Below, piece after piece: positions 8,988 through 18,233 of a stretch of DNA of 35,179 nucleotides. The position numbers were made by a program, and so were the translations under genes. How positions within the stretch are numbered: position 1 is the stretch's first letter; each line of letters begins with the position of its first letter. Source of the stretch: Ruminiclostridium sp. (GTDB lineage: Bacteria > Bacillota > Clostridia > Acetivibrionales > DTU013). Under the pieces are notes generated by a model that saw only the letters and a program-made list of their open reading frames with translations, was not told the DNA's origin and ran no database searches. Location of the stretch: NCBI GenBank assembly GCA_012027035.1, contig VEPD01000249.1:1-35179 (forward strand), given 5' to 3'.

Positions 8988-9716
8988 ATGGCAAAGAAGA
9001 TAAAAGTACTTGTATGGAACGAATTCAGGCATGAAAAGTATGAAGAGAGTGCAAAAAACATGTATCCAAAGGGTATACACGGGACTATAAGGGATTTTCT
9101 TTCGAACGAAACCGATTTTGAAGTAAGAACAGCCACGCTGGATGATCCTCAGCAGGGTATTTCTGAAGAACTCCTCAAGGACATTGATGTATTGATATAT
9201 TGGGGGCACAATTATCATGATGAAGTCAGAGATGAAGCAGTCGAAATAATATCCAAAAGAATAATACATGACGGTATGGGTTTTATTCCGCTTCACTCAT
9301 CACATGAGTCAAAAATATTCCGTAAATTAATGGGGACCACCTGCTTGTTGAAATGGAGAGAAGCCAATGAAAAGGAACGCCTCTGGCTTATTGAGCCTGG
9401 TCATCCTATTGCGAACGGCATACCTGAATATATTGAAATAGAACACGAAGAGACATATGGTGAAAGATTTGATATTCCAACTCCTGATACTCTTCTTTTT
9501 ATCAGCTGGTTTGACGGCGGTGAAGTTTTCAGGAGCGGATGCTGTTATATAAGGGGAATGGGCAAAATATTCTATTTTCGTCCGGGGCATGAAATCTGTG
9601 GAGCATATTATATACCTGAAATACAGCAGGTTATAAAAAATGCCGTCAGGTGGGCGGCTCCTTCAAACGGCCCTATCCCTATATTGGGTAAAGCCAGACC
9701 TTTTCCCCGTACCTGA
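8988..9716 (+). CDS. thuA: ThuA-like (trehalose-utilisation protein A domain) protein
   Basis: ATG 8988 follows GAGGGGG. KVLVWNEFRHEK, YPKGIH, DVLIYWGH, LHSSHESKIF, LMGTTC.LKWRE, ETYGERFDIP and FYFRPGHE match the conserved ThuA pattern. Confidence 0.8.
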   Translation: MAKKIKVLVWNEFRHEKYEESAKNMYPKGIHGTIRDFLSNETDFEVRTATLDDPQQGISEELLKDIDVLIYWGHNYHDEVRDEAVEIISKRIIHDGMGFIPLHSSHESKIFRKLMGTTCLLKWREANEKERLWLIEPGHPIANGIPEYIEIEHEETYGERFDIPTPDTLLFISWFDGGEVFRSGCCYIRGMGKIFYFRPGHEICGAYYIPEIQQVIKNAVRWAAPSNGPIPILGKARPFPRT

Positions 9717-9887
9717 GGTTTTTTCAAAGGTTGATACTACCGCAAAAACTCATGTTCCAACAAAATTTCGATAGCATCGGAAAGAGGACTTTTTACGACA
9801 GAATCAAAAGTTACATTATAGAAAATATTGATGATTTTTCTGGTAAAAAATAGCGGGTTGCTTAAAGTTATAAAGGAGAGGAATTAC

Positions 9888-11357
9888 ATGGCAGAAAAAT
9901 ATTTGAAAAATTACATAAATGGTCAATGGGTTGAACCTGTTGATATAAAATACAGGGAGGTATTGAACCCATCGACAGATGAGGTTATAGCACATGTTCC
10001 GTTGTCCGGACGCAAAGATGTGGATTTTACCGTCAATATGGCAAAAGAAGCATTTGAATCATGGAGATCTGTTTCTCCAGCTAAAAGATGCAAGTACATG
10101 TTCAGGCTTGTTGAACTTATTAATGAAAATTTTGAGGAGCTTTCCGGATTGATATCATATGAAGAGGGGAAGAACCTTGTCGATGCAAAAGCCGAAATGA
10201 AAAGGGTGCTTGAGAATGCTGAAGTTGCAGCGGGGATACCTTCGTTTATGATGGGGGATTTCATTGAGGATGTTTCGGAAGGGATCGAAGGATATACCAT
10301 AAAACAACCGATAGGTGTCTTTGGCGTTATTTGTCCTTTCAACTTTCCGGCAATGGTCCCATTCTGGTTTTTCCCATATGCTGTGGCTGCAGGCAATACG
10401 GTCGTTATAAAGGCTTCGGTCCAGGTTCCCCTGACAATGTCCAGAATAATGGAATTGATCGATAAGGCCGGATTTCCGCCGGGTGTCGTAAACCTGTTGA
10501 ACGGCAGTAGGGATGTTTCGGATGCAATGCTGGACAATCCGGATATAAAAGGGATATCATTTGTCGGTTCAACATCGGTTGCAAGAATGGTGGCGTCTAG
10601 ATGCTCCAGTAGCGGAAAAAGATATCAGGCACTTGGCGGAGCCAAGAATTTCCTGATCGTCATGCCGGATGCAAAGCTGGATAAGGTTGTCAGCTCTTTG
10701 AATACCTCCTGCTTTGGCTGCGCCGGCGAGAGGTGCATGGCAGCCAGTGTTATCGTGGGGGTAGGCAATATTTACACGGAGCTTAGAGAGCGATTCAGGG
10801 AAGCGGCTTTAAAGCTTATCGTAGGGAATGCTCTTGATCCGGAAGTTGATGTCGGACCTGTGATAAGCAGGGAAGCAAAGGAAAGAATCCTATCTTATAT
10901 ACAGCAGGGTATAGATGATGGTGCAGGTCTTGTACTGGATGGAAGAAATCCGGCAGTAAGAGGGGATTCCAGCGGTTATTACATAGGACCTACTATACTT
11001 GAGAATATAACATGGAACATGTCGGTATGGAAGGAAGAGATTTTCGGACCTGTAGCTTGCATGGTGAAAGCCGGAACCTTTGAAGAAGCCCTGGAAATGA
11101 TGAATAGCCACAGTTATGGAAACGGCGGCTCAATTTTCACACAGAGCGGTTACTACGCAAGAGAATTTCAGTATAAGGCAAAGGTGGGGATGGTCGGAAT
11201 CAATATTGGTGTTCCTGCTCCTGCCGCGGTTCTTCCCTTTGGCGGTGTGAAAGCTTCCATGTTCGGCGACATAAAGGCACAGGGTAAAGGAGTAGTTGAC
11301 TTCTTTACCGAGAAAAAGATTGTTACTGCCCGATTCTATAACGAGGATTGGAATTGA
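9888..11357 (+). CDS. CoA-acylating methylmalonate-/malonate-semialdehyde dehydrogenase (MmsA/IolA family)
   Basis: ATG 9888 follows AAAGGAGAGG. Aldehyde dehydrogenase motifs: FNFPAMVPFW, GNTVVIKAS, GERCMA, EEIFGPV, and GINIGVPAP...PFGG typical of MMSDH. Confidence 0.85.
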   Translation: MAEKYLKNYINGQWVEPVDIKYREVLNPSTDEVIAHVPLSGRKDVDFTVNMAKEAFESWRSVSPAKRCKYMFRLVELINENFEELSGLISYEEGKNLVDAKAEMKRVLENAEVAAGIPSFMMGDFIEDVSEGIEGYTIKQPIGVFGVICPFNFPAMVPFWFFPYAVAAGNTVVIKASVQVPLTMSRIMELIDKAGFPPGVVNLLNGSRDVSDAMLDNPDIKGISFVGSTSVARMVASRCSSSGKRYQALGGAKNFLIVMPDAKLDKVVSSLNTSCFGCAGERCMAASVIVGVGNIYTELRERFREAALKLIVGNALDPEVDVGPVISREAKERILSYIQQGIDDGAGLVLDGRNPAVRGDSSGYYIGPTILENITWNMSVWKEEIFGPVACMVKAGTFEEALEMMNSHSYGNGGSIFTQSGYYAREFQYKAKVGMVGINIGVPAPAAVLPFGGVKASMFGDIKAQGKGVVDFFTEKKIVTARFYNEDWN

Positions 11358-11400
11358 TGTGTTTGTGCAAGTTGAATATAATATTTGAGGTATTGTTAAA

Positions 11401-12822
11401 ATGGAACCCATCAAAATCGCATCACGCCGTGAATTATTTTGGGATGATTATTTAATAGAAACTGCAACGGCAAAACTTAAGCAGCATAAACCGCAGGTAA
11501 AGAATGCCGTCATGATGCACGATTCTCCATGGGAAGGCTGCGGCTGTATATACCATGTGACTTTCAGGGACGGCGATATAATCCGGATGTATTATCTTGC
11601 TGCCGACATCACAAACAAGGACGGCACAGAGATTTCAAAGCGCCCGCCCGTCATCTGTTATGCCGAAAGCAGGGATGGCAAGAGCTTTACAAAGCCGAAT
11701 ATCGGTATATGCGAATTTGAAGGTTCAAAAGACAATAATATTATTCTTGACAATACCACAATGAAATTCGATAATTTCGCTGTATTTAAAGATTCCAATC
11801 CCGGTTGTAAACCCGATGAAATATACAAAGCGGTGGCTTTGGATGATGACGATAAATATCTATGGTGCTTTACCAGTTTGGACGCCATACATTTCAATAA
11901 AGCATGGCGTATGACTAATGAGGGTACGTTTGACTCGCTTAATATCGCATTCTGGGACAGGCATACACAGCAGTATTACCTTTATTTAAGGGATTTACAC
12001 GGTTATGTCGGCGAAAACAAATGGGATGGCGGGGGCATACGTGATATCCGCTGGTCCGTTTCCAAAGATTTTGTGAACTGGTCGACGCCTGTACTGCTGG
12101 ACTTTGGCAATAATACGGATATTCCGCTTTATACCAATGTAATAAATCCATATTACCGCGCGGACCATATGTTTATCGGTTTTCCCTCCCGTTATATTGA
12201 TAAGGGATGGACTCGCAATTTTGAATCCATGCCCGATGTACATCACCGTAAGAACCGTATGAATCATCAACCGCGTTTTGGTACTGCTATTACCGACTGC
12301 ATACTCATTACCTCGCGCGATGGCAAGAGCTGGAGACGATGGAATGAAGCGTTCCTGACGCCCGGCCTTGAACATATGCATAACTGGGTTTATGGCGATT
12401 GCTATCCCTCTCTCGGCTTAATTGAAACCGAAAACGATTTGCCTTATGCGCCTGAAGAGTTATCGTTTTATACATTTGACTACCATTGGAAGCTGTCGAG
12501 CCCGCTGCGCCGCTATACAATAAGAATAGATGGCTTCATATCCTATAATGCCACATATAAACCCTGTACTATAGTCACTAAGCTATTTATATTTAAAGGT
12601 AAAAATCTATCTATAAACTTTACAACTTCGGCTATTGGTTATATCAAAATCAAAATCACCGGTGAGAGCAAGACGATTAACTCTATAGAGATTTTTGGCG
12701 ACAGTCTGGACAGGACAGTAATCTTTGAAGATGGCGATGCAGCATCACTTGCCGGAAAGCCGGTTAAAATGGAAATAATCATGAGTGACGCCGATATCTA
12801 TTCTTTTAAATTTAATGAATAA
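11401..12822 (+). CDS. Beta-propeller glycoside-hydrolase-like protein with C-terminal beta-sandwich (paralog 1)
   Basis: 473-aa ORF with repeated S-x-D-G-x-x-W/F blade motifs (ESRDGKSF, TSRDGKSW) and a RIDGFISY C-terminal module. GH43/GH32/GH130-clan-like. The family cannot be assigned by eye. Confidence 0.5.
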   Translation: MEPIKIASRRELFWDDYLIETATAKLKQHKPQVKNAVMMHDSPWEGCGCIYHVTFRDGDIIRMYYLAADITNKDGTEISKRPPVICYAESRDGKSFTKPNIGICEFEGSKDNNIILDNTTMKFDNFAVFKDSNPGCKPDEIYKAVALDDDDKYLWCFTSLDAIHFNKAWRMTNEGTFDSLNIAFWDRHTQQYYLYLRDLHGYVGENKWDGGGIRDIRWSVSKDFVNWSTPVLLDFGNNTDIPLYTNVINPYYRADHMFIGFPSRYIDKGWTRNFESMPDVHHRKNRMNHQPRFGTAITDCILITSRDGKSWRRWNEAFLTPGLEHMHNWVYGDCYPSLGLIETENDLPYAPEELSFYTFDYHWKLSSPLRRYTIRIDGFISYNATYKPCTIVTKLFIFKGKNLSINFTTSAIGYIKIKITGESKTINSIEIFGDSLDRTVIFEDGDAASLAGKPVKMEIIMSDADIYSFKFNE

Positions 12823-12844
12823 TGATTTGAGGGGGAAATCAAAA

Positions 12845-14284
12845 ATGGAATTAATTGACATTTATAAAAAGAAACAGTTGATGATTGATAATCATATCAT
12901 TGAAATGAGCGGCGGGGCCAGGCATTTAGTGCACCAATGGGAGAAGGACAGCGGAAATCCCGTACTTTCGAAGCGGCATGAATGGGAAGGTATGGGCCTT
13001 ATAGGGCCTGGCATTATGGAGTATGACCCTATCGATAAAAAGTACAAAATGTGGTATAGCACTTATAATGATATGGGGAAGTATAATCAAGGTTACGCAG
13101 AGTCAAATGACGGACTGGAATGGATTACATATCCCGAACCGTGCATCACCGAAGAGAATTTAACATACACCGTAGCTATTGTCATAGACCCAAGAGGCAA
13201 AGCAGGCGACTACCGGTTCCACCTTATTGGTTTCTTCCGCAGAACTCCTGAGCTGCCCGGCCGCGGTATACCGTACAGATCCAGGGATGGCATCACCTGG
13301 GAGCCGTATGAAGGGTCGCCCTGGTGGTTGGGGCCGGGTGACAGCATTAAAATTATATGGGATTCAAAAAGAGAGTGTTTTGTCTCATATTATGATGTAG
13401 TAAGGGTTGCCGGAAAATTAACCAATGGAGTGAATGTCAAAGGCTATTATGTAGATTATGATTTCAAGCAAAAAGATTGCGATATATTGGAATTTGATGG
13501 AATTGATATATTTCCCGAGAGACATGATACGCACTACGAATTTATATCTAAAAAACTTGGTGAGAATGACGGGGGCGGCCTTTCCATTACTGAGGACGTC
13601 CAGATGATAAGAGTGATTTGTCGGGCGGAAAGCAGGGATTTAGTCAATTGGACCGATAGCAGGGTTATTCTTGAACCGGATGAATACGATTACATAGACG
13701 CCCAATATGCGCATTTGCCCGTATTTGAATATGAAGGTATATATATGGCATATGCCGATTATATGAGATCGTTGTCCGGAAAGATTGAAGAAGTTTATGC
13801 ATTCAGCAGGGACGGCGTTAATTTTACCGTACCCGATAAGAAGCCTGCTATTGCATGCGGGCCGGAAGGAAGCTGGGACGCGGGGATGGTTCTGGTATCC
13901 AGCAGACCCCTTGAGATTAATGGCAGGCTCTGTATCTATTATGGGGCATTTAATTCGGACCACGCGCATGTCGACACTGCTGTCAGCCGGTCTGCCATCG
14001 GCCGTGCATGGATGCGTAAGGACGGCTTTGTATCCGTTACAGGAGGCACGGTCCGTACAAAGCTGTTGTCAACCAATGGGGGCGCACTTCACATAAATGC
14101 AGCCGGCAGGATTGCCATCAGGATATTGGATGTGAGCGGAAACATATTGGAAGCGGCGTCATGGGAGGGTGACTCAACCGACGCAAAGGCAGTACAGGAT
14201 ATCGGCAAGCTTTTGAATAAGCCTGTACGCATCGAGTTTGACCTTGGGGAGGCGGGGCATCTATATTCATTCTGGTCGGAATGA
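12845..14284 (+). CDS. Beta-propeller glycoside-hydrolase-like protein with C-terminal beta-sandwich (paralog 2)
   Basis: ATG 12845 follows GAGGGGGAAATC. Motifs AESNDGLEW, RSRDGITW, AESRDLVNW, FSRDGVNF, then RKDGFVSV. The track ORF start at 12785 overlaps the upstream gene. Confidence 0.5.
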   Translation: MELIDIYKKKQLMIDNHIIEMSGGARHLVHQWEKDSGNPVLSKRHEWEGMGLIGPGIMEYDPIDKKYKMWYSTYNDMGKYNQGYAESNDGLEWITYPEPCITEENLTYTVAIVIDPRGKAGDYRFHLIGFFRRTPELPGRGIPYRSRDGITWEPYEGSPWWLGPGDSIKIIWDSKRECFVSYYDVVRVAGKLTNGVNVKGYYVDYDFKQKDCDILEFDGIDIFPERHDTHYEFISKKLGENDGGGLSITEDVQMIRVICRAESRDLVNWTDSRVILEPDEYDYIDAQYAHLPVFEYEGIYMAYADYMRSLSGKIEEVYAFSRDGVNFTVPDKKPAIACGPEGSWDAGMVLVSSRPLEINGRLCIYYGAFNSDHAHVDTAVSRSAIGRAWMRKDGFVSVTGGTVRTKLLSTNGGALHINAAGRIAIRILDVSGNILEAASWEGDSTDAKAVQDIGKLLNKPVRIEFDLGEAGHLYSFWSE

Positions 14285-14475
14285 AATGGTTGAACGATAT
14301 GCGACTGAAATAAATGTAGAAAATAGTGTTACAATTGCCAAAGACTTCTTGAGCTAGAAATGATAATATGTAACTGCTGGAGTTTATTCATTTTAAAAAT
14401 CTATATTATTTTTTGAAGTAAATGTTAATTAGTATTATTAAATAAATAAAATATTATTTCTTAAAGGAGTTAGAG

Positions 14476-15429
14476 GTGAACAATACTGTTATTAGGAAGT
14501 TACCCTTACAGGGCAGTAAAAAGCATACATTTCTTAAAAAGGTTGTAAGAGACAAATACCTCATATTACTTTTTCTGCCGGTATTGGTATTATTGATAAT
14601 TTTTTCGTATATACCCATGTATGGTTTAATTATAGCTTTCAGGGACTATTCTCCCGGTCAGAAGATGTTAAGTCTTGATCATTGGGTGGGTTTGGAAAAT
14701 TTCAAGCGTTTTATTGATAGCATATATTTTTTCAGACTGATTAAAAATACGGTATTGCTTAATTTGAATCTCATCATATGGGGTTTTCCAATCCCAATTA
14801 TTTTTGCCCTTTGCCTGAATGAGATAAAGCACAAATATTTTAAAAGGATAACCCAGTCTGTCAGCTACCTTCCTCATTTCATATCTACTGTTATTATTGT
14901 TGGAATGGTTGCTAATATGCTATCTTCCTCTGGCGGAGTAATAACTGATTTTATTTATGCATTGACCGGCAATCAGATTAATTTTTTCAATGATCCCAAG
15001 TATTTCAGGACAATTTATGTTGTGTCGGATATCTGGCAGACTTTTGGATGGGGATCCATTTTATACTTGTCGGCGATTTCCGGTATAGATCCTACGCTTT
15101 ATGAGGTTGCGACCATTGATGGGGCGTCAAAACTCAAATGCATGTGGTATATTACCTTGAGAGGCATATTGCCTACAATAAGTATGCTTTTCATGTTCAG
15201 TATCGCTTCAATATTCAAAGTGGAACCTGATAAAGTCCTGCTTCTTTATAATCCGGGAATTTATGAAACATCCGATGTCATGTCTACATATATATACAGG
15301 ATCGGAGTTTTGGAAAGTGAATATGGTCTTGGCGCCAGCATAGGCTTTATTAATGGTATTATTAGTTTCATCTTAATTGCCGTTTATAATAAACTTGCAA
15401 AAAAATCAGACCTGATTACATTATGGTGA
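14476..15429 (+). CDS. Carbohydrate ABC transporter permease (LplB/MalF-like)
   Basis: GTG 14476 follows AAAGGAG. Multi-pass hydrophobic protein with an EAA-like loop (ATIDGASKLKCMWYITLRGILP). Confidence 0.85.
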   Translation: MNNTVIRKLPLQGSKKHTFLKKVVRDKYLILLFLPVLVLLIIFSYIPMYGLIIAFRDYSPGQKMLSLDHWVGLENFKRFIDSIYFFRLIKNTVLLNLNLIIWGFPIPIIFALCLNEIKHKYFKRITQSVSYLPHFISTVIIVGMVANMLSSSGGVITDFIYALTGNQINFFNDPKYFRTIYVVSDIWQTFGWGSILYLSAISGIDPTLYEVATIDGASKLKCMWYITLRGILPTISMLFMFSIASIFKVEPDKVLLLYNPGIYETSDVMSTYIYRIGVLESEYGLGASIGFINGIISFILIAVYNKLAKKSDLITLW

Positions 15430-16340
15430 GGGGAGCTGCAAAATTGGCTGAGAAAAGTTTTAAAAGACTAAAAATAGAAGATGGCATACTTTTTATTTTG
15501 TTTTACAGCATTGTATCCATTAGTGCGATTATCACATTGTATCCCTTTGTTTATGTATTCAGTATGTCTGTTTCCGACCCGCTGAGGATGAGCGAGGTTG
15601 TGTTATTTCCTAAAGGATTTTCATTAGGCGCATTTAAAGCGGTCATTAATGAAACAGGCATATGGAGGGCATATTTCAATACGATATATTATACTTTATT
15701 AGGTTCTTCGTTGACGATAATCGTTACAATGATGGCTGCTTTTACACTTACAAGAAAAGGATTTGTGTTCAGGAAAATGTGTGTAGTGATATTGCTGATA
15801 CCTATGTTCATAGGAGGAGGGATTGTACCTTCATTTATTTTGATAAACAAATTACATTTATTTAATACATTATGGGCTATCATATTGCCGGGATTGGTAA
15901 GTTCATATAATGTTATAATGGCATATACATTTATGAAGACGACTATTCCCGAGAGCCTGATAGAAGCGGCGAGAATGGATGGAATGAACGACATGGGGAT
16001 TCTGTTCAAAATAGTAGTGCCTCTTAGCGCCGCAATCATTGCAGTTATCGGATTATGGGCTGTTGTTGGTTACTGGAATTCATATTTCAATGTTTTGTTA
16101 TATATCAGGGATAGAGACAAGCAAACATTACAAATATATTTGATGAGAGTGCTCATAAAAAATGCGAATGATTTATCTGTAGCTAACGAACGTTTAGGGG
16201 TTGGATATAAAAATGTAATTACAAGCGTCCAGTTGAAGTATGCGCTGATAATGTTTACTATTGCCCCTGTTATATTAGTATACCCGTTTTTGCAAAGATA
16301 TTTCATTAAAGGTATTATGATAGGTTCACTTAAAGAATAA
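15423..16340 (+). CDS. Carbohydrate ABC transporter permease (LplC/MalG-like)
   Basis: ATG 15423 overlaps the upstream stop (alternative start TTG 15445). EAA loop AARMDGMNDMGILFKIVVPLS. Confidence 0.85.
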   Translation: MVRGAAKLAEKSFKRLKIEDGILFILFYSIVSISAIITLYPFVYVFSMSVSDPLRMSEVVLFPKGFSLGAFKAVINETGIWRAYFNTIYYTLLGSSLTIIVTMMAAFTLTRKGFVFRKMCVVILLIPMFIGGGIVPSFILINKLHLFNTLWAIILPGLVSSYNVIMAYTFMKTTIPESLIEAARMDGMNDMGILFKIVVPLSAAIIAVIGLWAVVGYWNSYFNVLLYIRDRDKQTLQIYLMRVLIKNANDLSVANERLGVGYKNVITSVQLKYALIMFTIAPVILVYPFLQRYFIKGIMIGSLKE

Positions 16341-16412
16341 TTCTGAAGAGGAGGGAGAGGCGAATATCTGTCGGGAGTATGACTTATATTTATAAAAAAG
16401 GGGAGAAGCATT

Positions 16413-18122
16413 ATGAAAAAGGTTTTGCCATTTATTCTATCTGCAGTTATTATGCTGGCTATCATTAGTGGATGTGGGGCTGGAGGAAAAAAAGGAGAAG
16501 AATCCGTAAATACAACCGGTACGCAAGGAAGTTCAGATTCTACAGCAGCAGTAACATCAACAGAAGCAACAGTTGCAGCAGTACCGCCGGTCGAGTTGAC
16601 TTTTACAATAAACGCATCAATGGATTACGATGACTATGCTTTAGAAGCCAATAAAGATCTTTATCCGGCGTTAAAAGAGCTTCAAAGGCGTACAAATACA
16701 AAAATCACGTGGAAAACATACCCAACGCAAGAATATTAGGATTTGCTTCAAACAGATTTAGCTGCGGGCGGACCAGGTATAGGCGACATAATTGTATTGC
16801 CCGAATCAGGAATGAAACCGGACGATTTATTGGACAACGATGTTACTATTGACCTGTTGCCATTGATTAAGAGCAGTGCACCAAATATAATGAAATTATT
16901 TGAAAAGTATCCGAAAGCTTCAAATTTAAGACTGCTTGAGGATGGCAGATTGGCCAGTATCCCTGCATATATTCTGGATGGATCGCAGGATTTGGCAGCT
17001 TTGGGCTTGAGAATAGCATGGATGGAAAAGGGAGGAGTTACAAAAATTCCTGAAACTACCGATGAGCTTCTTGATTCATTGAGGGCAATAGTGAAGTCTG
17101 ACGGCAATGGTAACGGGAAAGCGGATGAAGTTGGTATAACAATGAGATTTGGCGATGCCTGGTTTGATTTTCTATTGATCTCCTTTGGCATACAACCTGG
17201 TAATACGAATAATACTTCTTCCGATTATGGAAAATTATTTTATGCCGATGGGGAAGTATTCAAATCAAAGTTGGATAAGCCCGGATACAAGGCAGCGATA
17301 GCTTATATGAACACCATATATAAAGAAAATCTTATAGACCATAAATGCTTTGAACCGGGAGACCAGGAAGCCAGATCCATTCAGATTAGTACTGAAAACT
17401 TGATGGGCGCCATGATTTGGAATTGGCTCGGTCCTATTGAAGGCGCTCATGATGATTTTAAGGAAAAATATGGGGATAGCAGTTTTACGGCAATAGCATG
17501 GCCAAAATCACCATTGGTTGATAAAATTGAAACAGAAAAACCATCTACTATCAAAGGAAATGTAGTAGTTACTAAAAATTCTAAAAATCCGGAAGCTGCA
17601 ATAAAGTTTTTAGATTATTTATATAGTGATGAAGGTATATTGCTATCTCAATGGGGTATTGAAAATGATTCCTATATTGTGAAAGATGGGAAAAAAGTAT
17701 TTACAGACAAAATAATAATAGATCCATTGCCAGCGGAAGAGGATAAGGCCAAGCTTTATACAAGTTATGGGTTACATACATGGATGTCAATTGAAGATGG
17801 GGAAGCAATAGGGCAATTGCAAAGGGTTAAAGAATTTGGCAGGGGCGTTAAAAAGCTGTATGCGGATTTGGCAGTTTTACAACCTTTTCCACAGCTATCC
17901 CTTAATACTGATGAAAGAAAATTAAGATCTCAATTAATGGCGGACATTGGAACATATGTAGACGAAAACAAAAGGAAATTTATTACAGGTGTCAGACCTA
18001 TGTCGGAATGGGAAGATTTTATAAAAGGGCTTAATGAAACACTCAAACTTCCGGAAGTAGCCGATAAAATATTAAATCCGGCATATAAGAGATATCTTGC
18101 CAATCTGGGGAAAATTAATTGA
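16413..18122 (+). pseudogene. Extracellular solute-binding lipoprotein (LplA-like) interrupted by one in-frame TAG (16737-16739)
   Basis: ORFs 16413..16739 and 16743..18122 share a frame. Signal peptide plus lipobox (LAIISGC). The sequence reads WKTYPTQEY-stop-DLLQTDLAAGGPGIGDIIV, continuous with the usual SBP pattern around this region. Confidence 0.8.
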
Positions 18123-18233
18123 TAAACCCAAGGTGTTATTTGCTTAATTAATATATTAGGGAGAAGCAGGAAATGCGATCCTTAAATATAAGCCCCTAAG
18201 ATTTAGGGAGTAAAAAAATAGGAGGGTTTAGAA

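Noticed and set aside
9923-10537. Long antisense ORFs in the track, for example 9923..10537 (204 aa), 18473..19057 (194 aa), 21847..22365 (172 aa), 29515..30057 (180 aa) and 28077..28526 (149 aa).
   Set aside because: Each lies fully inside a + strand gene that has clear family motifs. Their translations are low-complexity or Ser/Pro/Ile-rich with no recognisable motifs or RBS. They are typical shadow ORFs.
14288-14390. Possible fourth, very degenerate copy of the repeat upstream of the ABC permease genes (GTTGAACGATATGCGAC … GATAATATGTAACTGCTGGAG).
   Set aside because: Only about 10 of 16 core positions match, the spacing between blocks differs, and no stems are preserved. I cannot distinguish it from chance by eye.
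6398-16739. Pyrrolysine (or other sense) decoding of the two internal TAG codons, prompted by the MttB-family gene in the same window.
   Set aside because: The MttB homolog here is the non-Pyl type, with no in-frame TAG, and no pylT/pylSBCD is in the window. TAG also serves as the ordinary terminator of at least four genes. Reading through TAG 7070 would fuse the ThDP enzyme to the in-frame RpiB-like ORF. The aspartokinase carries in-frame TGA and TAA too, which no single recoding explains. Only a weak AT-rich stem (GATAAA at 6404-6409 with TTTATC at 6425-6430) follows the first TAG and nothing comparable follows the second. It stays a formal possibility, testable only with the whole genome.
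18194-18208. Small hairpin CCCTAA-GAT-TTAGGG between the binding-protein and CBM9-like genes, considered as a terminator.
   Set aside because: It is a 6-bp stem followed by an A-run rather than a U-tract on the coding strand, so it is not a convincing intrinsic terminator.
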